Shown: piece after piece, positions 19,642 through 29,449 of the stretch
Layout: each line of letters begins with the position of its first letter
How positions within the stretch are numbered: the stretch's first letter is position 1
Assembly (NCBI GenBank): GCA_965219995.1
Contig: CBDCOX010000002.1
Location: 4,352,001-4,416,000, forward strand
Source of the DNA: Candidatus Latescibacterota bacterium
GTDB taxonomy: Bacteria; Latescibacterota; UBA2968; GCA-2709665
DNA: 64,000 bases
Reading direction: 5' to 3'
Program-made: the position numbers and the translations under genes
The notes under the pieces: model-generated
What the model saw: the letters and a program-made list of their open reading frames with translations, nothing else
Databases searched by the model: none
What the model was told of the DNA's origin: nothing

Positions 19642-20514
19642 TCAGCGGCGCCGCCACCGGCCTTTTCCTCCCGGTTTGTCTCCCCGGTGCGACCGCTCGC
19701 GCTCCAGAATTCTCTTCTTGATTGCCTGAAACCGGTGAGAATCCCTGGCCAGACCCGCTTTAGCGGGCAGGCCTCCGATCTGCGCCCGGACGTTCTCAAC
19801 CCGCTCACTGCTGGGTGGATGGGTGGAAAAAAGCACCTGCAACATCCCGGGCTCCTTCTCCTGCATCGCCATCAGCTTTTCGAAAAACGTGGCTGTACCC
19901 TCCGGATCGATTCCCGCCGCGTAGGTCGCGGCGACCGCGAACCGGTCCGCCTCCCGCTCCGCGTCGCGTCCGTATCTCAATTGTCCAACGCCCGTAGAAA
20001 CAGCGGCGACCTGTTTCAGCACGCGACGCTTCACTGACGCGTCCTCTCCGCCCAGGGTCGCGTCGATTACGAACGCGGCGCCGAACTGCCTGCTGATTGC
20101 CTGTGCGCCGTGTTTTCCATCCACGTGGCCGATTTCGTGGCCGATTACCCCTGCCAGTTCCGACTCGTTCTCCGCGGTTGTAATCAGGCCCCGGTTCACG
20201 TACAGCCAGCCGCCGGGAAGCGCGAATGCATTTACCTCATCCGTATCCACGACCTTGAAATAGTAGGTCAGGTCCGTGCGGCCGGAATGCCGCGCCAGCA
20301 TCCGGCCGAGCTCGTGAATGTACGCGTTCACGACGCGGTCGTGGTAGAGCCTCAGGTCGCGCTCGATCTCCTGTGCCGCCTGCCGGCCGATCTCGACTTC
20401 CTGTTCTGTACTCAATATATTGAACCGGCCCACCGCCGCGCAGGACACAATCGATCCGGTCAGGCACACAGCGATCAGCGTACGCAAGTAAGGGATTCGC
20501 GTCATTTTCGACAT
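19642..20514 (-). CDS. M48 family metallopeptidase (BepA-like lipoprotein)
   Basis: NAFALPGG, HEIGH, EREAD, STHP; lipobox-like IVSC. Confidence 0.9.
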   Translation of the reverse strand: MSKMTRIPYLRTLIAVCLTGSIVSCAAVGRFNILSTEQEVEIGRQAAQEIERDLRLYHDRVVNAYIHELGRMLARHSGRTDLTYYFKVVDTDEVNAFALPGGWLYVNRGLITTAENESELAGVIGHEIGHVDGKHGAQAISRQFGAAFVIDATLGGEDASVKRRVLKQVAAVSTGVGQLRYGRDAEREADRFAVAATYAAGIDPEGTATFFEKLMAMQEKEPGMLQVLFSTHPPSSERVENVRAQIGGLPAKAGLARDSHRFQAIKKRILERERSHRGDKPGGKGRWRRR

Positions 20515-21446
20515 CCCATGTCACGAGGCGAGGCGGGTCGCAAAGCGTTGTTCTCGACTTGCAGTGTTCCCCGGTTTCCATCCACGACTGCGGGGAGTCC
20601 GATTGGCAGAACGCGCCGTCCGGGTCCGTGCCCGTACGGGAGTCCGCAGAAGACCGGAGCGGCAATCGAATTTGAAAAATGCCGCAGGACGTCTTTCACG
20701 GTGCCCTCGTCGTCCCGTTCCGGTTCGCAGCCTTCGAACTGCCCGAATACCACACCGGCCGCGCGATCGAACACCCCCGCCATTCGGAGTTGCGTCAGCG
20801 TGCGGTCTACACGGTAGGGGGCCTCGTTCACGTCTTCCAGAAAGAGCAGAGCTCCATCGGTACTCGGCAGAAATCCGGTACCCGCGAGCGAGGCGACGAC
20901 CGACAGACACCCGCCCAGCAACGTTCCTTTCGCCGTCTGCCCCCGAAGCGGCTCGACACCGGCGATCGCGTCGAAGCGCCCGGCCGTGAGCGCGTTCCAC
21001 AGCGAAGTTCCGGTTGCTTCCGGAATTCCCGACTCGGATATGTCTCCGCACAGCGTCACTCCGGTATAACTCACCATTCCGGTGCGGCTGAAGATTGCCA
21101 GCTGCAGCGCGGTCGTATCGCTGAACCCCACCAGCGGCTTCGGAAATCTCCTGATCGCCTCGTAGTCTACAGATCCCAGTATCCGCGCGGCGCCGAAACC
21201 GCCGCGGGATACAAACACTCCCTGGATCTCGGGGTCGACGAACATGGCGTTCAAGTCCTTCGCCCTGGCGGGGTCGCGGCCCGCCAGGTATCTGTCCCGA
21301 TCGTAGACGGCGGAGCCGACACGCACACGATACCCTCGTTCACGCAGGTACGCCAGACCCGGGCGCAGTCGTTCCCGTTCGAACGATCCCGATGGCGATA
21401 CGATTCCAATCAGATCGCCGGGTCGAATATAGGGCGGAACCACCAA
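20502..21446 (-). CDS. ldcA: LD-carboxypeptidase (peptidase S66)
   Basis: RGGFG, GFSDTT, LEDVNE and GH triad motifs. Confidence 0.9.
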   Translation of the reverse strand: MVVPPYIRPGDLIGIVSPSGSFERERLRPGLAYLRERGYRVRVGSAVYDRDRYLAGRDPARAKDLNAMFVDPEIQGVFVSRGGFGAARILGSVDYEAIRRFPKPLVGFSDTTALQLAIFSRTGMVSYTGVTLCGDISESGIPEATGTSLWNALTAGRFDAIAGVEPLRGQTAKGTLLGGCLSVVASLAGTGFLPSTDGALLFLEDVNEAPYRVDRTLTQLRMAGVFDRAAGVVFGQFEGCEPERDDEGTVKDVLRHFSNSIAAPVFCGLPYGHGPGRRVLPIGLPAVVDGNRGTLQVENNALRPASPRDMGCRK

Positions 21447-21504
21447 TGGACCCTCCCGTCTGCAGATCGCACGACGGTGAAGGAGGCCGGCCCGCGCCGG
21501 CTTC

Positions 21505-22902
21505 TCAGGGCGCGAACGACGTCAATATCCCGGTAGCAAAATCCGTTAGCGTATCGTCGCGCGCCCCCATGATTACCACGCGGTCGCCGGGCCGCGCTTC
21601 TTTCATGAACCAGCGTGCGACGTCTTCGCGCTCAGTGAAAAACGCCGCCTGAATACCCCGGTCTGAAATCGCCTCGATCAGGTCACGGGAAGAAATATCG
21701 CGCACCGCTGTTCCGCCCGCGTAGAAAATTTCGGGCATCGCCAGCACATCCCGCCTCTCGAGCCCGTCCGAGAATGCGGCGATCAGCCCTTCTCTGAGAA
21801 ACCGCGTCGGCGCGAATCCGGTTGGCTGGAACATCACCAGCAAACGCCCGGGCTGTTCCTTGAGCGTGGAGAGCGTGGCCGCAATCTTGTCGGGATTGTG
21901 TGCGAAATCATCGATCACCGTCACGCCGCCGGCCGTGCCAAGTACCTGCAGGCGCCGCCTGATGCCGGCAAAAGTCGCCAGCGCCTCGGCCGAATGCGGG
22001 ACGGGGACGCCCAATGCGCTGCAGGCGGCTACGGCCGCGGCGGCATTCGAGACATTATGCCTGCCTGGCACCATCAGGCGAAACACGACTTTATCGACTT
22101 CGAACGCCACGCCGTCGGGCAGTGGCCGGACCCGTTCCGCGCAGACCTGCGCGCGCCGGTTTTCCACGCCAAAGCCGATGCCGCCCAGGCCCAATGCCAT
22201 GGATGACTCGCAGTCCATGTTGAAGACGGCCGTCCGGCGGGCTTTCCGCACGAATCCACGAAACATCTCGCACAATTCCGGAAGCGGCTTGTGATCGTGA
22301 GAAATGTTGGTCAGAACCGCAATGGAAGGCTCGTACAGGACAATCGTGCCGTCGCTTTCGTCCGCCTCGATCACCTGCAGGCACGGATCGCCGCAGGTGG
22401 CGTTCCCGGTCGGCGACGGCGACTCACCAAGGGGGGAGCCCCCGAGAATAACAGTAGGATTCCGGCCCACCTGCTTCAGAACGTGGCCGATCATGCCTGC
22501 AACGGTCGTTTTTCCGCTCGTGCCTCCGACGGCGACCCCTTCCGCCCGGTTGAACAGATCCGCGAGTACCTCCGCGCGCTTTCGAACGGGGATCCGGAGG
22601 CGCAGCGCGGCGCGCACGTCGGGGACGTGTTCCTCCACAGCCGCCGACACGATCAGTTCGTCCACGGCTCTATCCACGCCCGAGCCATCCTGGGGAAACA
22701 ACGCGATGCCCTGCGCCCGGAGCTGCTCGAAGAGCTTTCGGTTCTGGCCGCGATCCCGGCTGCGGTCGGATCCGCGAACCGTGTGACCCTGGTGCCGGAG
22801 TACCTGCGCCAGCGCGCTCATCCCGCTTCCTCCGATCCCACAGAAAAAAACCGACTTCCAGGCCTTCACGTCGTCTCCTTTCCCGGTGACATGGAAACGC
22901 AC
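21505..22902 (-). CDS. MurC/Mpl-family Mur ligase
   Basis: GIGGSGMSALA, GTSGKTT, EADESDG, DDFAHNP. Start may be slightly downstream. Confidence 0.88.
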   Translation of the reverse strand: MRFHVTGKGDDVKAWKSVFFCGIGGSGMSALAQVLRHQGHTVRGSDRSRDRGQNRKLFEQLRAQGIALFPQDGSGVDRAVDELIVSAAVEEHVPDVRAALRLRIPVRKRAEVLADLFNRAEGVAVGGTSGKTTVAGMIGHVLKQVGRNPTVILGGSPLGESPSPTGNATCGDPCLQVIEADESDGTIVLYEPSIAVLTNISHDHKPLPELCEMFRGFVRKARRTAVFNMDCESSMALGLGGIGFGVENRRAQVCAERVRPLPDGVAFEVDKVVFRLMVPGRHNVSNAAAAVAACSALGVPVPHSAEALATFAGIRRRLQVLGTAGGVTVIDDFAHNPDKIAATLSTLKEQPGRLLVMFQPTGFAPTRFLREGLIAAFSDGLERRDVLAMPEIFYAGGTAVRDISSRDLIEAISDRGIQAAFFTEREDVARWFMKEARPGDRVVIMGARDDTLTDFATGILTSFAP

Positions 22903-22911
22903 GGTCCCACC

Positions 22912-22940
22912 ATACTAAAGACCGGCGTGCGGATTGTCAA
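22912..22940 (-). promoter_or_regulatory. Sigma-70 promoter for the Mur ligase operon
   Basis: TTGACA-17 bp-TAGTAT. Confidence 0.6.
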
Positions 22941-23079
22941 GTGGACAAGGAAATCGATGGAAATCCGAAACGCGGGCTTCGGCGTCGCCGTTCAGCGGCC
23001 CGCAGCGCGGATCCAATCGTGTGCCGGACGAAAGAGTCCGCGCGTCGGTTCCGGGATTCGAATCGCGGGCCTTCTTCCA

Positions 23080-23108
23080 TTGACACACCGGCACGTGTAC
23101 AGTATATT
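23080..23108 (+). promoter_or_regulatory. Sigma-70 promoter
   Basis: TTGACA-17 bp-TATATT. Confidence 0.7.
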
Positions 23109-23169
23109 TCGTCTTCTGGTTCAGAAGCGAAATTTGCACGACAACCTCCTATTATACAAGGAGTTCCAG

Positions 23170-24372
23170 ATGGACGGCATGTTTCGTCACGTGCTGACCG
23201 ACGTGGAACGGGCGCTCTGGACCGAATCCTGGTCCGTGGATGAGGATGCCCTGTCCATCGGGACCGGTTCCGCGTGGAGCGTGAGGAAGAAAACCCTTCA
23301 GGGGGGGCTTCAGGCGGGCGTCGACCTTATTGAAGTGGACAATGGCGCTTTCTCATTCTCTATTGTGCCGACCCGCGGTATGGGAATCTGGAAGGGTGTC
23401 TACCGGGGCATCCCGATCGGATGGGAATCGCCGGTCCGCGAACTGGTCCATCCCGCGCATGTAGACGCCAACGATCGGGGCGGACTCGGCTGGCTGAAGG
23501 GCTTCAACGAATGGATCGTTCGCTGCGGCCTGGAAAGCAACGGCGCGCCCACGAACGACGTGGTCATCGACAATAGCGGAAATGAAGCCTCGGTATTTCT
23601 CCCGCTGCACGGAAAGATAGCAAACATCCCCGCGCGCTTCGTGGAGGTGCGCGTCGACCTTGCCCCGCCGCATCGCATCACGGTTACGGGCGTTGTCGAT
23701 GAAGCGATGATGTTCGGTCCGGCGCTGCGGTTGACGACCCGTATATCCACGGTCCCGGGCGCAAACAGTCTCACGATTTCAGACCGGATAACCAACCTCA
23801 ACAACAGGCCCGCCGAAATGCAGATGCTGTACCACTGCAACTACGGCCCCCCATTGCTGGAAGAGGGCAGCGCTCTCGTGGCCCCGGCAAGGTCCGTATC
23901 GCCAAGAGACGCCCGGGCGCAGAAAGATGCTTCCGCGCACGGCAAGTTCGGCGCGCCGGAATCCGGTTTCGTCGAACAGGTCTATTTTTACGAATTGGCA
24001 GGAAAACGGGGCAGCGGTCAGACGGTCGTGCTGCTCAAGAATGCCAGGGGAGACCTGGGGTCCAGCCTGCACTGCTCGCTCAAGCAACTGCCCTGCTTTA
24101 CGCTCTGGAAAAACACGGCCGCGACCGAAGACGGATACGTCACCGGTCTGGAACCGGCGACGAACTACCCCAATCCGAAACCATTCGAGCGCAAACATGG
24201 CCGTGTGGCCATACTGGAAGCCGGCGAGACCCGTCGTATGGACCTGACGGTCGCCGTCCACGACAGCAGGAAGAAGGTCCGAACCGTGGAACGGGCCATC
24301 AGGCAGATCCAGAAAACAGTGAAATCCAGAGTTTCCCGGACGCCCCTCAAGAGGCTGTCCGATGCGGGTTAG
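23170..24372 (+). CDS. Aldose 1-epimerase-like protein (DUF4432-like)
   Basis: PTRGMGI, RCGL, LHG, LYHCNYG and YVTGLEP motifs; SD AAGGAG before ATG 23170. The upstream part of the track ORF is antisense to the Mur ligase. Confidence 0.85.
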   Translation: MDGMFRHVLTDVERALWTESWSVDEDALSIGTGSAWSVRKKTLQGGLQAGVDLIEVDNGAFSFSIVPTRGMGIWKGVYRGIPIGWESPVRELVHPAHVDANDRGGLGWLKGFNEWIVRCGLESNGAPTNDVVIDNSGNEASVFLPLHGKIANIPARFVEVRVDLAPPHRITVTGVVDEAMMFGPALRLTTRISTVPGANSLTISDRITNLNNRPAEMQMLYHCNYGPPLLEEGSALVAPARSVSPRDARAQKDASAHGKFGAPESGFVEQVYFYELAGKRGSGQTVVLLKNARGDLGSSLHCSLKQLPCFTLWKNTAATEDGYVTGLEPATNYPNPKPFERKHGRVAILEAGETRRMDLTVAVHDSRKKVRTVERAIRQIQKTVKSRVSRTPLKRLSDAG

Positions 24373-24470
24373 CGCCGCACCATACCCGGGTTTCGGGGAC
24401 GGTCCCGGGACGCGCTTACGGTGACTGCGCCGGCGGCATCCGCATGCCGTCAGACGGAATCAGCGAAAGG

Positions 24471-27400
24471 ATGGCATTCGTGAATTCCACACCAACTTTC
24501 CAGGAGCTCATTCTTCGCCTCGAACGGTACTGGGCGGACCGGGGATGCGTCATCTGGCAACCTCATAATGAGAAGGTGGGCGCCGGGACGATGAACCCCG
24601 CCACGGTTCTTCGAGTGCTCGGTCCGGAGTCCTGGAACGTGGCCTACGTTGAACCCAGCTTCCGCCCGGACGACGGAAGATTCGGCGAGAATCCGAACCG
24701 GATGCAGATGCACACGCAGTACCAGGTCATTCTCAAACCCGAGCCGGGCAACCCCCAGGAACTTTATCTGGATAGCCTGGATGCATTGGGTCTGGACCGG
24801 CGGCAGCACGACATCCGTTTTGTGGAAGACAACTGGGAACAGCCCGCACTGGGCGCGTGGGGCCTGGGGTGGGAGGTCTGGCTCGACGGCCTGGAAATCA
24901 CCCAGTTCACCTATTTCCAGCAGGCCGGAGGTCTGTCCCTGGACCCGGTGCCCGTCGAAATCACGTACGGCATGGAACGTATCGCCATGTACGTGCAGGA
25001 TGTACGCGAAGTCTGGCAGCTTCAATGGAACGATCAGGTCTCCTACGGCGACATTCTCAGACAGCAGGAAGTGGAGTACTGCACCTACGAGTTTCACGCC
25101 GCAAACGTGGAACGCCTGCATACCATGTTCAACCTCTTCCATGACGAAGCCGCCGCCGCCATAGACCGCGGTCTCGTCATTCCCGCCCATGACTACGTGT
25201 TGCGGTGCTCTCATACCTTCAACCTGCTGGACACCCGCGGAGCCGTTGGCGTTACCGAGCGTGCGCGGTATTTCGCGCAGATCCGCAACCTCGCCACACA
25301 GGTGGCCGAAGGATTCGCCCGGCAGCGCGAAGCGACCGGGCACCCCCTCAAAAGGAAGACCAGAGCCGCAACTGCACCGGATTCGGGACCGGGCGCTGAA
25401 CCGCTGGAGCGCGCCGAACTGCTTCTGGAGATCGGATCCGAGGAACTCCCGCCTCAGGACGTACGGTCGGGGATCGAACAGCTCAAAGCGTCACTGCCCA
25501 GGCTTCTTCAGGAGCAGAGGCTGGAATATGACGACGTCGAAATAACCGGTACGCCCAGACGGCTCGTGGCCATCGTCAGGAATCTCGTTGGCCGGCAGCC
25601 GGACCGCAGACGCGAAGTACGCGGACCGGCCGTGAAGGCCGCTTACGACGACGAAGGAAACCCCACACGCGCCCTCGCGGGATTCTGCCGCGGCCAGGCC
25701 GTCTCTCCAGGATCGGTGGAACACAGGCCGGACGACAAGGGCGTTGAATACGTCTATGCCCGGCGTCACGAGCCCGGACGCGAGACACAGGAAATCCTGT
25801 CGGATGTTCTTCCCGGGCTGATTGCCGGCCTGAACTTTCCGAAAACAATGCGTTGGGACTCCGACGGCATCGCCTATCCCCGGCCTCTGCGCTGGATTGT
25901 CGCCCTGTTTGGAAACCGGATGATCCCGTTTTCCTTCGCCCGGATCCGGAGTGGGCGTGCCAGCCGCGGCCTCAGGCCAGCGGGCGATCCGCCAATCCGG
26001 GTGGAATCCGCTGAGACCTATCAGCCGCAAATGCAAGAACACGGCCTGATCGTCGACCGGGACCGGCGAAGAAAAACCATCTGGAAGCAGGTCCTCGAAG
26101 AGGCGCGGACGGCAGGCGGCAGTGTGCGGGAAGATCCGGATCTGCTCGACGAAGTCACCGACCTGGTCGAGGCGCCGTTTGCGCTTTGCGGCGGTTTCGA
26201 TGAAACCCACCTTGAACTGCCGCAGGAGGTCTTGGTCACCGTACTCAGGACATACCAGCGCTACTTCCCCATCGTGCACCCGGAGACCGGCCGACTGCTA
26301 CCCCGGTTCGTCGCCGTATCCAACGGCAAGCCGGAGGATACGGGCCCCGTCGTTCGCGGGAACGAGAATGTCGTTCGCGCCAGATTTGCGGACGCCGCCT
26401 TCTTCTACAGGGAAGACGGCCGAAAACCCCTGGAAGATTACCTGCCGCGGCTGGACACGCTTACCTACCAGGACGACCTCGGATCCGTCAGGGACAAGAG
26501 TGCGCGAATCGAGCAGCTTGTTTCCGTGGTTGCACCGGAACTGGGGCTGACGGACGGTGGCACGAGCACGGCAGAGCGGGCGGCCCGGCTGTGCAAAGCC
26601 GATCTGGCCACCGGAATGGTTGTGGAGATGACGTCCCTTCAGGGTGTGATGGGGCGCTACTATGCCCTGTTATCCAAAGAGACAGACGAAGTGGCCCTGG
26701 CCATTCAGGAACACTATCTTCCCCGGTTTCCCGGGGATATGCTGCCTGCAGGCGAATCCGGATTTGCGGTTTCCGTCGCCGACCGGCTGGACAGTCTGGC
26801 CGGCCTGTTCTGTGCCGGCATCAAGCCCCGGTCCACCGCCGATCCCTATGGACTGCGCCGCGACGCGCTGGGTCTCCTCGCACTGCTCATCGGGAAACGC
26901 CGCCACTTCTCCCTCAAAAAGGGCCTGGAGGCCGCGGCGTCGGGCCTGCCTGTCCGGATCGATGCAGATCGATTGAACGACGCATATACGTTCATCCTGC
27001 GCCGCCTTGGCGTACAGCTGAAAGAGGAGGGCTTTCGCCACGACGTGGTCGAAGCGGCCCTTGGCGGCGGATGCGACGATCCCTTCGGCCTTCGCAACAT
27101 CGTGGAAGGCCTCGATCGAATGGTCCGTTCGGACAATTGGACGGAAACGCTTCATGCGTACGCGCGCTGCAGACGCATTGTCCGCGACCTGGATGAAATC
27201 CATCCATTGAATACTGACGCAGATCCGGCCCCTGCTTCCCGCAGCCTTCTCGAAAAGTGGCGGGACGCCCGCAACGTGATGGATGGCTGCGATGCCGGGA
27301 TCGACACGCTGGATAGCGTGCTTGCCGAAATGCGCGGACCCATCAACACCTTCTTCGATGAAGTCATGGTGATGGATGAAGATCCAGTCCTGCGGGCGGC

Positions 27401-27476
27401 GCGCCTGGCGCTGGTGCAGCGTATCGCCTCTCTCGCCGAAGGCGTTGCGGACCTGAGCAGGCTGGAGGGGTTTTAA
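24471..27476 (+). CDS. glyQS: Glycine--tRNA ligase, fused alpha and beta subunits
   Basis: Alpha motifs [36 protein letters not shown], then beta motifs [28 protein letters not shown] in one ORF. Confidence 0.95.
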   Translation: MAFVNSTPTFQELILRLERYWADRGCVIWQPHNEKVGAGTMNPATVLRVLGPESWNVAYVEPSFRPDDGRFGENPNRMQMHTQYQVILKPEPGNPQELYLDSLDALGLDRRQHDIRFVEDNWEQPALGAWGLGWEVWLDGLEITQFTYFQQAGGLSLDPVPVEITYGMERIAMYVQDVREVWQLQWNDQVSYGDILRQQEVEYCTYEFHAANVERLHTMFNLFHDEAAAAIDRGLVIPAHDYVLRCSHTFNLLDTRGAVGVTERARYFAQIRNLATQVAEGFARQREATGHPLKRKTRAATAPDSGPGAEPLERAELLLEIGSEELPPQDVRSGIEQLKASLPRLLQEQRLEYDDVEITGTPRRLVAIVRNLVGRQPDRRREVRGPAVKAAYDDEGNPTRALAGFCRGQAVSPGSVEHRPDDKGVEYVYARRHEPGRETQEILSDVLPGLIAGLNFPKTMRWDSDGIAYPRPLRWIVALFGNRMIPFSFARIRSGRASRGLRPAGDPPIRVESAETYQPQMQEHGLIVDRDRRRKTIWKQVLEEARTAGGSVREDPDLLDEVTDLVEAPFALCGGFDETHLELPQEVLVTVLRTYQRYFPIVHPETGRLLPRFVAVSNGKPEDTGPVVRGNENVVRARFADAAFFYREDGRKPLEDYLPRLDTLTYQDDLGSVRDKSARIEQLVSVVAPELGLTDGGTSTAERAARLCKADLATGMVVEMTSLQGVMGRYYALLSKETDEVALAIQEHYLPRFPGDMLPAGESGFAVSVADRLDSLAGLFCAGIKPRSTADPYGLRRDALGLLALLIGKRRHFSLKKGLEAAASGLPVRIDADRLNDAYTFILRRLGVQLKEEGFRHDVVEAALGGGCDDPFGLRNIVEGLDRMVRSDNWTETLHAYARCRRIVRDLDEIHPLNTDADPAPASRSLLEKWRDARNVMDGCDAGIDTLDSVLAEMRGPINTFFDEVMVMDEDPVLRAARLALVQRIASLAEGVADLSRLEGF

Positions 27477-27489
27477 GTCTGTTTCGCCC

Positions 27490-28071
27490 ATGCGCATAAT
27501 CACGGGAAAACTCAAAGGCCGGACCATCCCCTTCATCGTCGGGAAATACGGGAATGCCCGCGTAACGCCGGCAAGGGTCAAAGAGGCCGCGTTTACCGTC
27601 CTGGGCGCCCGGCTCGACCGGCTTCATTTTCTCGATCTCTTTTCCTGTTCCGGGCAGATCGGGCTGGAGGCGTACAGCCGCGGCGCCCGGGTGCTTCTGA
27701 ACGAACCGGATCGTCGCCGGCGCCGCTTTCTTTCAAGACTTCTGAAAGACTGGGATGTCGAACGACAGGTCCGACTGCTGGATCGGCCGGCGGAGACACT
27801 TCTGCCGCTCCTGGAGTCGGAAAAGCGGCACTTTGACGTGATTTACCTGGACCCGCCGTACCGCCTGCAAATGGACGGGGTTCCGTTCGCCCCCGCCATC
27901 CTTGCCCGCCTGAGCGGTTCGACCCTCGTTGCTCCGTCGGGCCACGTCCTCATACAACACTTCGCAGACCTGGAGTTGCCCGTTGCCGCAGGTGCCCTTG
28001 CGCTGCGGGTGCGGAAGAACTACGGCGGGACTTCATTATCCGTGTACCAGAGGGTGGTACGCGGCGAGTAG
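27490..28071 (+). CDS. rsmD: 16S rRNA m2G966 methyltransferase RsmD family
   Basis: MRIITG, LDLFSCSG and DPPY motifs. Confidence 0.88.
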   Translation: MRIITGKLKGRTIPFIVGKYGNARVTPARVKEAAFTVLGARLDRLHFLDLFSCSGQIGLEAYSRGARVLLNEPDRRRRRFLSRLLKDWDVERQVRLLDRPAETLLPLLESEKRHFDVIYLDPPYRLQMDGVPFAPAILARLSGSTLVAPSGHVLIQHFADLELPVAAGALALRVRKNYGGTSLSVYQRVVRGE

Positions 28072-28092
28072 GCCTCAATCCGAAAGTTCCAT

Positions 28093-28121
28093 TTGCTTTG
28101 GTACGCCAACGTACGTATTTT
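28093..28121 (+). promoter_or_regulatory. Putative sigma-70 promoter of the candidate selenoprotein gene
   Basis: TTGCTT-17 bp-TATTTT. Confidence 0.45.
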
Positions 28122-28158
28122 TCAGGTATCCAACCCTATTCCGAAAGGAGTCGACCGC

Positions 28159-28437
28159 ATGGATACGATGCACGAGTCTATCGAATTCCGCCCCCGCGGC
28201 CGAACGCTCGCCATGGGCGGTATCCCCTGGCTGCCGCGGATAACGGACAAAGCCCGGGCCATGCTGAGGAACAATATCGGCGACTACGTCTACCCCTGAC
28301 CCGCCGACAGGAAGTTCCTGGAGGAACTAGGCATACCGGAAGAAAAGTTCACGCGGATCGTCTCGGAATGTAAACTGGACGAGGAAGTCATCGAACGCGT
28401 CCGCCCCTATTTCGAGAAGTCCCGAAGTCGCCGATAA
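28159..28437 (+). CDS. DUF5069-like small protein with in-frame UGA (codon 47), candidate selenoprotein
   Basis: SD AAGGAG; translates as MDTMHESIEFRPRGRTLAMGGIPWLPRITDKARAMLRNNIGDYVYP-UGA-PADRKFLEELGIPEEKFTRIVSECKLDEEVIERVRPYFEKSRSRR-TAA. UGA falls at the family Cys position. Confidence 0.78.
28302..28332 (+). promoter_or_regulatory. Candidate bacterial SECIS hairpin
   Basis: AGTTCC-TGGA-GGAACT stem-loop with the loop starting 20 nt after the UGA, plus a possible lower GCC/GGC stem. Confidence 0.6.
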
Positions 28438-28443
28438 GACAGG

Positions 28444-28478
28444 AAAGCCGCCGCGCAGCGCGGCGGCTTCGTATTTTT
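28444..28478 (+). terminator. Intrinsic terminator
   Basis: AAGCCGCCGCG-CAG-CGCGGCGGCTT followed by CGTATTTTTT, just after TAA 28437. Confidence 0.8.
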
Positions 28479-28494
28479 CCACCCGATCGGAACG

Positions 28495-29430
28495 CTAACG
28501 CCTCCCGCCTTCCGGCAATGCCTGCCTGGCCAGCGCTCTGATCTCGCCTGACTCCATCCGAAGCAATCCGTCGATCCCGATCACGTCAGCCGCGATGAGC
28601 TGCGGACATTCCTGGGCAGCCAGATCGTATGCTTCTTCGACATCGTAGTTGACCCCTCTGTACCTGTAGAGATGGCCCAGGCTATCCAGCTGTCCACTGC
28701 GTCTGAGCGAATTGGTGACGCCCATCTTGAAGTAATATAACTGCCGGTCTCTCCTGTCTCCCCACCTCAACGTATCCGGCTCCGGGACATCCGCCATCGA
28801 TCGGTCGAGTTCCGCCTGAAAGGCGTCGATCTGGCCGTCGACCATCTCCAGCAGCCCCCGAAGGATTTCCCTGCGAGCGGCCTCTCTTTCGTCCTGGAGC
28901 ATATCCTGCAGCACCAGCGCTGCCTTTCCGTAAAACACGTAGCGTTCGCGCTTCCCCTCTCCGAACAGATCCATTTCAATGGCTTCGGCCTTACGCGCCA
29001 GGGCCTCCAGGTCGAGGGTATCGTCGCCCACGCCGGCATAGTCGTCGTCCCCGCGCGCTACCTGAATGCCCACCAGAAAGGCCTGCTCGACAACTTGCAT
29101 CATATTTTCGGCCGGATCGAATACCCGCAATTTCCCGGACGCTTTTCTTTCCGTGCGTACCGGATCCGCGGCAGGCGTAAACCCTCTTCCGATCAGTATC
29201 TGCTCAGCTTCTATACCCAGACGACCCAGCAGTTCACGGAGCACGCCGCTCAACACCGGATGCCGTGCAGTCGGCAGGAATTCACCCCGGTCCGCCACGA
29301 CGAGGTCCGCCATCTCGGACGCCAGCGCTTCGTCTCCCTCGGAATCGGCATTCTTTCGCACGTCCCGTGCGCGCGTCAGGCGGAAGACAATCACGAATAT
29401 CAACAGGACAGCCGCGACGACATAGACCAT
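28495..29430 (-). CDS. Hypothetical protein with N-terminal membrane anchor
   Basis: 311-aa ORF, hydrophobic N-terminus, 19 bp after the ABC permease; no motif recognised. Confidence 0.7.
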   Translation of the reverse strand: MVYVVAAVLLIFVIVFRLTRARDVRKNADSEGDEALASEMADLVVADRGEFLPTARHPVLSGVLRELLGRLGIEAEQILIGRGFTPAADPVRTERKASGKLRVFDPAENMMQVVEQAFLVGIQVARGDDDYAGVGDDTLDLEALARKAEAIEMDLFGEGKRERYVFYGKAALVLQDMLQDEREAARREILRGLLEMVDGQIDAFQAELDRSMADVPEPDTLRWGDRRDRQLYYFKMGVTNSLRRSGQLDSLGHLYRYRGVNYDVEEAYDLAAQECPQLIAADVIGIDGLLRMESGEIRALARQALPEGGRR

Positions 29431-29449
29431 TTCAACCGTTCTCCGTTAA

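Noticed and set aside
23040-23075. tRNA-like GGATTCGAATC; also GGTTCGACCC near 6400
   Set aside because: No cloverleaf, D-arm or CCA can be built.
22291-23169. Apparent long N-terminal extension of the DUF4432-like ORF
   Set aside because: It is antisense to the Mur ligase and spans the promoters; the SD and ATG at 23170 mark the real start.
24373-24470. T-box riboswitch before glyQS
   Set aside because: The gap is under 100 bp, with no T-box consensus or terminator.
28098-28373. Alternative 91-aa ORF over the DUF5069-like locus
   Set aside because: No SD or motif; the UGA-containing frame explains the SD, family similarity and terminator.
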